From: Pseudomonas aeruginosa
GTDB taxonomy: Bacteria > Pseudomonadota > Gammaproteobacteria > Pseudomonadales > Pseudomonadaceae
NCBI RefSeq assembly: GCF_001457615.1
Contig: NZ_LN831024.1
Location: forward strand, 1,410,001-1,442,000
Reading direction: 5' to 3'
DNA: 32,000 bases
Positions 25,655-32,000 of this stretch are shown here, piece by piece. Within the stretch, counting starts at the first letter, position 1. The number at the start of each line of letters is the position of its first letter. A program made the translations under genes and the position numbers. The notes under the pieces are model-generated. The model made no database searches. It was not told the DNA's origin and saw only the letters and a program-made list of their open reading frames with translations.

Positions 25655-28222
25655 TCAGACCCGCATCTTCCATGCATATAACAGATCGAGAGCTTGCCGC
25701 GGGCTGATATCGTCGGGATTGATCCTCGACAATTCATCGATCACCGGGTGCGGCAGGCTGGCGAACAGGTCGCTCTGCATCGGCGAGGCGGGCTTGCCGC
25801 TCTGCTGGCTCGGCATCTCGTGCGGCAGGCTGGTGGTTTCCAGGCGCTTGAGGTGTTCGCGGGCGCGCTGGATTACCGGGGCCGGCACGCCGGCCAACTG
25901 GGCCACCGCGAGGCCGTAGCTCTGGCTCGCCGGTCCCGGCAGTACATGGTGCAGGAACACGATGCGTTCATTGTGCTCGGTCGCGTTCAGGTGCACGTTG
26001 GCTACCGCGGGCTGGCTTTCCGGCAGTACGGTCAGCTCGAAGTAGTGGGTGGCGAACAGGGTGAAGGCGCGAGTCCGGGCCAGGTCCTCGGCCGCTGCCC
26101 AGGCCAGCGACAGGCCGTCGAAGGTGCTGGTGCCGCGGCCGACCTCATCCATCAGCACCAGGCTCTTGTCAGTGGCGTTGTGCAGGATGTTGGCGGTTTC
26201 GCTCATCTCCACCATGAAGGTCGAGCGGCCGCCGGCAAGGTCGTCGGACGAGCCGATGCGGGTGAAGATGCGGTCCACCAGGGACAGCTCGCAGCGCGCA
26301 GCCGGAACGAAGCTGCCGATGTGCGCAAGCAGCACGATCAGCGCGGTTTGCCGCATGTAGGTGGATTTACCGCCCATGTTCGGACCGGTGATCACCAGCA
26401 TCCGGGTGTCGGCATCCAGCGCCAGGTCGTTGGCCACGAACGGTGTCTCCAGCACCTGCTCGACCACCGGATGGCGGCCCTGCTCGATGTGCAGGCAGGT
26501 GTGTTCGACGAACCGCGGGCGATTCAGGTCGAGGTTCAGCGCGCGTTCGGCGAGATTCGCCAGCACGTCCAGCTCCGCCAGCGCCGAGGCGCTGTCCTGG
26601 AGCGGAGCGAGATGGCCGATCAGGCGTTCCAGCAGCTCTTCGTAGAGCGCCTTCTCGCGGGCCAGGGCGCGGCTCTGGGCCGACAGCGCCTTGTCCTCGA
26701 AGGCCTTCAGTTCCGGCGTGATGAAGCGCTCGGCGCCTTTCAGGGTCTGCCGGCGGATGTAGTCGGCCGGCGCCTGTTCGGCCTGCACCCGTGGCAGCTC
26801 GATGAAGTAGCCATGGATGCGGTTGTAGCCGACCTTCAGGTTGGGCAGGCCGGTGCGGGCCTTCTCGCGCGCTTCCAGGTCCATCAGGAATTGCCCGGCG
26901 TTTTCGCTCAGCGCCTGCAGCTCGTCCAGCTCGGCGTCATAGCCGGTCTTGATCACGCCACCGTCGCGGATCACCGCCGGCGGGTTGTCGATGATCGCCT
27001 TGGCCAGCAGTTCGGCGAGTTCGGGATAGGTGCCGATGGTGGTGGCCAGCGCCTGCAGGTGCGGCGCTTCCAGTTCGGTCATGGCGTTCTGCAGGTCCGG
27101 CAGCGCCGCCAGCGCGTCGCGCAGGCGCGCCAGGTCGCGAGGGCGGGCGTTGCGCAGGCCGATGCGGGCGAGGATGCGTTCGAGGTCGCCGATTTCCTTG
27201 AGCTGCGGTTGCAGGTTCTCGAAGCGGTAGCGTTCCAGCAGGCAGGCGATGGACTCCTGGCGGGCTTCCAGTACCGCGCGGTCACGCAGCGGACGGTTCA
27301 GCCAGCGGCTCATCAGGCGGCTGGCCATGGCGGTCTGGCAGCGGTCGACCACCGATTGCAGGGTGTTCTCGCGGCCACCGCTGAGGTTGATATCCAGCTC
27401 CAGGTTGCGGCGGCTGGCGCCGTCGAGGATCACCGTGTCATCGAGGCGGTCGTGGCGCAGGCTGCGCAGGTGCGGCAGGGCGGTACGCTGGGTTTCCTTG
27501 GCGTAGGCGAGCAGGCAGCCGGCGGCGCCGATGGCCAGGGTCAGGTTCTGGCAGCCGAAGCCTTTCAGGTCCTGGGTGCCGAATTGCTGGCAGAGGCTCT
27601 TGTGCGCCGAGTCGCGATCGAAGTCCCACGGCGCGCGGCGACGTACGCCGCGGCGCTTCTCCGCCGGCAGGCCCTGTGGCCAGTCGTCGGGAATCAGCAG
27701 CTCGGCCGGGTTGAGGCGCTCCAGTTCGGCCAGCAGGGTTTCCCAGCCTTTTATCTCCTGGACGCTGAAGCGGCCGCTGGTGATGTCCAGCACGGCGAGG
27801 CCGAACAGGCGCTCGTCGCCGAGGATCGCCGCCAGCAGGTTGTCGCGGCGTTCGTCGAGCAGCGCCTCGTCGCTCACCGTGCCGGGGGTGATGATCCGCA
27901 CCACCTGGCGCTCCACCGGCCCCTTGCTGGTGGCCGGGTCGCCGATCTGCTCGCAGATCGCCACCGACTCGCCGAGCTTGACCAGCTTGGCCAGGTAGCC
28001 CTCCGCCGAATGGAAGGGAATGCCTGCCATCGGGATCGCCTTGCCGCCGGACTGGCCGCGCGCGGTCAGGGTGATGTCGAGCAGCTTGGCGGCCTTCTTC
28101 GCGTCCTCGTAGAACAGCTCGTAGAAGTCGCCCATGCGATAGAACATCAATTGGTCGGGGTGCTGATGCTTCAGTTTGAAGTACTGCTGCATCATCGGCG
28201 TGTGCTGAGAGAGGTCGGTCAT
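25655..28222 (-). CDS. mutS: DNA mismatch repair protein MutS (full length, apparently intact)
   Basis: The 855-aa reading from ATG 28222 ([18 protein letters not shown]...) has the mismatch-binding GDFYELF motif and Walker [14 protein letters not shown]. The track's 20-codon extension is rejected. Confidence 0.96.
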   Translation of the reverse strand: MTDLSQHTPMMQQYFKLKHQHPDQLMFYRMGDFYELFYEDAKKAAKLLDITLTARGQSGGKAIPMAGIPFHSAEGYLAKLVKLGESVAICEQIGDPATSKGPVERQVVRIITPGTVSDEALLDERRDNLLAAILGDERLFGLAVLDITSGRFSVQEIKGWETLLAELERLNPAELLIPDDWPQGLPAEKRRGVRRRAPWDFDRDSAHKSLCQQFGTQDLKGFGCQNLTLAIGAAGCLLAYAKETQRTALPHLRSLRHDRLDDTVILDGASRRNLELDINLSGGRENTLQSVVDRCQTAMASRLMSRWLNRPLRDRAVLEARQESIACLLERYRFENLQPQLKEIGDLERILARIGLRNARPRDLARLRDALAALPDLQNAMTELEAPHLQALATTIGTYPELAELLAKAIIDNPPAVIRDGGVIKTGYDAELDELQALSENAGQFLMDLEAREKARTGLPNLKVGYNRIHGYFIELPRVQAEQAPADYIRRQTLKGAERFITPELKAFEDKALSAQSRALAREKALYEELLERLIGHLAPLQDSASALAELDVLANLAERALNLDLNRPRFVEHTCLHIEQGRHPVVEQVLETPFVANDLALDADTRMLVITGPNMGGKSTYMRQTALIVLLAHIGSFVPAARCELSLVDRIFTRIGSSDDLAGGRSTFMVEMSETANILHNATDKSLVLMDEVGRGTSTFDGLSLAWAAAEDLARTRAFTLFATHYFELTVLPESQPAVANVHLNATEHNERIVFLHHVLPGPASQSYGLAVAQLAGVPAPVIQRAREHLKRLETTSLPHEMPSQQSGKPASPMQSDLFASLPHPVIDELSRINPDDISPRQALDLLYAWKMRV

Positions 28223-28309
28223 ACGGGCCTTCGGAAGCGGGCTTTGGACGGTGCAAAAGAGGGCAATGTTAACCCGATTCACCGGCCTGTGTCGGGTCCG
28301 TTCGGAACC

Positions 28310-28333
28310 GGCGCGGACCCTCAGGTCCGCGCC
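28310..28333 (-). terminator. 10-bp GC-rich stem-loop downstream of the TolB-like gene (no U-tract)
   Basis: GGCGCGGACC (28310-28319), loop CTCA, GGTCCGCGCC (28324-28333). It lies 15 nt after the stop of the minus-strand ORF. Confidence 0.4.
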
Positions 28334-28347
28334 TGTGCGGGCTGCTT

Positions 28348-29355
28348 TCAGCGTGCCGCGGTATAGCTGGCGCCGAGCTTCTGCCGACCGTCGGGCAGGT
28401 TGATCTGCGCCGGGTCGAGACGCCAGACCCGCGCCGCGGCGATGTCACCGAGGAGCAGGCTGTAGGTCGGGTCGAACGAAGTGCTGGAGAAGATCAGGTA
28501 GTCCTCGTTCACCGGCGCGGCATCGGAATTGTCGCCCTGGCAGTGGTTGAGCGGCAGGATCGCCGGGGTGCCGGGCGGGCTGTTGGGTACGACCATGGCC
28601 AACTGGTCGTTGCCGGCCGGCTGGGTACGCGAGAGGAAGTAGGCGGTGTAGTCGCGTACCACCGGGTAATAGTCGCGGCCCCCCGCGGCCGGGGTGGCGA
28701 GGGCGCTGACCTGGCCGTTCTCCAGGTTCCTGCGCACCACCCGCAGGCTGTCGCCGGCTCCTGTCGCGTAGACCACGTACTTGCCTGAGGGTGTGAGGAA
28801 CGGCATCGACTCCTCGGTGCTCCAGCCGTCGCCGGTCACGGCTTTCCAGGCGCTCACGCCGACGCTGCCATCGCCATTGAAGACCAGGGTGGCGAGGCGG
28901 ATGTCGCCCTCGTGCTTGAGCACGACCTGGCGGCCGTCGAAGGAGAACTTCGGATCCTCGTTGCGACCGCCGATGGCCGCAGTCAGGTTGCTCGGCGCCT
29001 GGGTACCGCCGATGGCCCAGGCGAACACGTGCCAGGCGCCATTCTGGCGGCCCATGAAGGTCAGGTAGCGGCCGTCCGGGGAGAAATGCGCATTCATCGG
29101 GTCCTCGATGTTCCAGCCGGGCTGGTTGAGCTGGCGGGTGCTCTTGCTCTTGAAATCGTGCAGGTAGAGGTTCGAGGAGCCGTCCCCGTACTCCATATAG
29201 CTGTGGTAGACCAGGCGCCCGCCGAGCGCGGGCAGGCTGCTGGCGGGTTGCAGGGCCAGGTTGGCGGTGCAGGCCGCATGGGCGGGGAGGCTGGCAACGG
29301 GGGAGAGGAGCAGGGCGAGGGAGAGCAGAGAGACCTTGAGTGGCGCGATGTTCAT
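28348..29355 (-). CDS. secreted TolB-like beta-propeller (PD40/WD40-like repeat) protein of unknown function
   Basis: The 335-aa reading from ATG 29355 has AAGGAAAGG upstream. It has a signal peptide [27 protein letters not shown] and PD40-like repeats ([33 protein letters not shown]). Confidence 0.75.
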   Translation of the reverse strand: MNIAPLKVSLLSLALLLSPVASLPAHAACTANLALQPASSLPALGGRLVYHSYMEYGDGSSNLYLHDFKSKSTRQLNQPGWNIEDPMNAHFSPDGRYLTFMGRQNGAWHVFAWAIGGTQAPSNLTAAIGGRNEDPKFSFDGRQVVLKHEGDIRLATLVFNGDGSVGVSAWKAVTGDGWSTEESMPFLTPSGKYVVYATGAGDSLRVVRRNLENGQVSALATPAAGGRDYYPVVRDYTAYFLSRTQPAGNDQLAMVVPNSPPGTPAILPLNHCQGDNSDAAPVNEDYLIFSSTSFDPTYSLLLGDIAAARVWRLDPAQINLPDGRQKLGASYTAAR

Positions 29356-29499
29356 GGTGTGCCTTTCCTTGGACGGTGATGGAACACGCATGTTCGCGCA
29401 TTCGCTGCCTTCGCGCGGTTGCGCTTGTCCGAAAGCTGCTTCTGAATGGAAAAGCCGATGGTGTAGGGTAGTCCCTTTCCGTTTCTACCCTGGAGAACA

Positions 29500-30009
29500 G
29501 TGATGACCCTGATGGAGTCCGACCTGACCGCACTGGCCGCCCGCCTCGGCGAAAGCCTTCGTTACCTGGGCGAGCAGGTCAGCACGGCGGAATCCTGCAC
29601 CGGTGGCGGCATCGCCGAGGCGATCACCCGCATCCCGGGGAGTTCGGGCTGGTTCGAGGCTGGCTACGTGACCTACTCGAACCGCCAGAAGACCCTCCAG
29701 CTGGAGGTGCCCGAGTCGCTGTTCCCGGCAGTCGGCGCGGTCAGCCGGGAAGTGGTCGAGGCCATGGTGCGCGGCGCCCAGCGGCACAGCGGGGCGCGTT
29801 TCGCGGTGGCGGTGAGCGGTGTCGCCGGGCCCGACGGCGGCTCGCCGGAAAAGCCGGTAGGCACGGTCTGGCTGGCCTGGGCCGACGGCGAGCGGCTGGT
29901 CAGTGAGCGCTGCCAGTTCAACGGCGACCGCGACGCCGTGCGCCGGCAGACGGTGGCGACCGCGCTGACCGGCCTGCTGCGCATGAGCAACGGCGAGAAC
30001 CCGGGCTAG
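29500..30009 (+). CDS. CinA C-terminal domain / PncC-like nicotinamide-nucleotide amidohydrolase
   Basis: ORF of about 168 aa with [20 protein letters not shown] and [10 protein letters not shown], typical of the CinA/PncC domain. It lies upstream of recA, as in many bacteria. The start is ambiguous: GTG 29500, ATG 29503 or ATG 29512. Confidence 0.85.
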
Positions 30010-30083
30010 CCGCGCCTGCGGGCAACCGTTCGGAACATTCTTCCCGTCGGGGGTAGGCGAGCGACTTGCCCTGTGGAATAATA

Positions 30084-30099
30084 CTGTCTACTTATACAG
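30084..30099. promoter_or_regulatory. LexA (SOS) box upstream of recA
   Basis: CTGTCTACTTATACAG fits the gammaproteobacterial CTG-N10-CAG consensus. It ends 43 nt upstream of the recA ATG. Confidence 0.8.
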
Positions 30100-30142
30100 T
30101 TGTTCGTGGCCGTCCGGCCGCCCTGACTTCGCGAGGACTTCA

Positions 30143-31650
<1,508 letters not shown>

Positions 31651-31671
31651 GCGCGTGCCGGAGCGGCAGCT

Positions 31672-32000
31672 TCAGTCCCAGTTTTCCGGCAGGTTGATGT
31701 AGTCCAGCAATTCCCGCAGCCGCCCCTGGTCGCGCCCGTTGAACACGAAGGCGAGGCGGGTCAGGTTGCGGAACTCCGGTTCGTCCTGTTCCTGCTCGCT
31801 GTAGGCCTGCTGCTGGAAGCCGCCGCTCAGGCAGAGGCTGGCGAAGTGTTCGTGCAGGTGCGCCAGCGCGGCTTCGTTCAGGGCGTGGTTCAGGCGAATC
31901 ACGAAAGTGCCTTTCAGCCAGCGGCTGGAGTGGAAGTTGCGGTAGAACTGGGCGATTTCCTTCACCGCGTCTTCGGCCGAATGCACCAGGCGCATCAGGC
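31672..32000 (-). CDS. conserved hypothetical protein, C-terminal portion (ORF open to the window edge)
   Basis: The minus-strand frame is open through 32000. G/C-rich third positions are consistent with real coding. It is convergent with recX, with only 21 nt between the stops. I do not confidently recognise the family. Confidence 0.55.
   Translation of the reverse strand, partial: LMRLVHSAEDAVKEIAQFYRNFHSSRWLKGTFVIRLNHALNEAALAHLHEHFASLCLSGGFQQQAYSEQEQDEPEFRNLTRLAFVFNGRDQGRLRELLDYINLPENWD

Noticed and set aside
24968-25681. 237-aa + strand ORF covering the rsmZ promoter, rsmZ, two terminators and the antisense of fdxA
   Set aside because: It starts in the AT-rich non-coding spacer and reads through an sRNA and two terminators. 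fdxA on the opposite strand is clearly real.
25655-28222. Possible hypermutator (mutS-defective) allele, given the frameshifts elsewhere in the window
   Set aside because: mutS is a continuous 855-codon ORF with all the key motifs I can recognise intact. Missense defects cannot be excluded from sequence alone.
25694-28366. 890-aa + strand ORF antisense to mutS
   Set aside because: Same high-GC shadow-ORF phenomenon. MutS on the minus strand carries Walker A and mismatch-binding motifs, while the antisense product has no recognisable features.

Overview
High-GC gammaproteobacterial core chromosome. From gene content, gene order and the rsmZ sequence I recognise it as Pseudomonas aeruginosa, syntenic with PAO1 loci PA3644 down to PA3615; this rests on memory, not a search. 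Gene order on the + strand unless noted: lpxA (partial)-lpxB-rnhB; an AGCS-family amino-acid:cation symporter; dnaE; accA; tilS; pyrG-kdsA-eno-ftsB-ispD; gfnR, yeeE-like and tusA-like (all minus strand); adhC-fghA (glutathione-dependent formaldehyde detoxification); ispF-truD-surE-pcm-nlpD-rpoS; the sRNA rsmZ with its GacA upstream activating sequence; fdxA and mutS (minus); a secreted TolB-like beta-propeller protein (minus); a cinA/pncC-like gene; recA-recX; and a partial minus-strand ORF at the right edge. I see no tRNA or rRNA genes, CRISPR arrays, IS elements, integrases, prophage or defence-island content, and no compositional island. Every intergenic gap is short, the longest being about 216 nt. 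I therefore do not find a convincing novel system here; this looks like ordinary, densely packed housekeeping DNA. The main point to re-check is that ispD (essential) and pcm are each interrupted by a 1-nt deficit inside a G homopolymer. This is most likely a sequencing or assembly artefact, but it is important if real. Secondary observations: the fghA terminator abuts the ispF start codon; the tilS-pyrG intergenic region is structured and pyrimidine-rich; a perfect 9-bp inverted repeat with a third half-site lies in the gfnR/adhC divergent promoter; a yeeE/tusA sulfur-transport pair sits directly downstream of gfnR; and an uncharacterised TolB-like secreted protein lies between mutS and the cinA-recA-recX cluster. 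The many long antisense ORFs in the track are high-GC artefacts.
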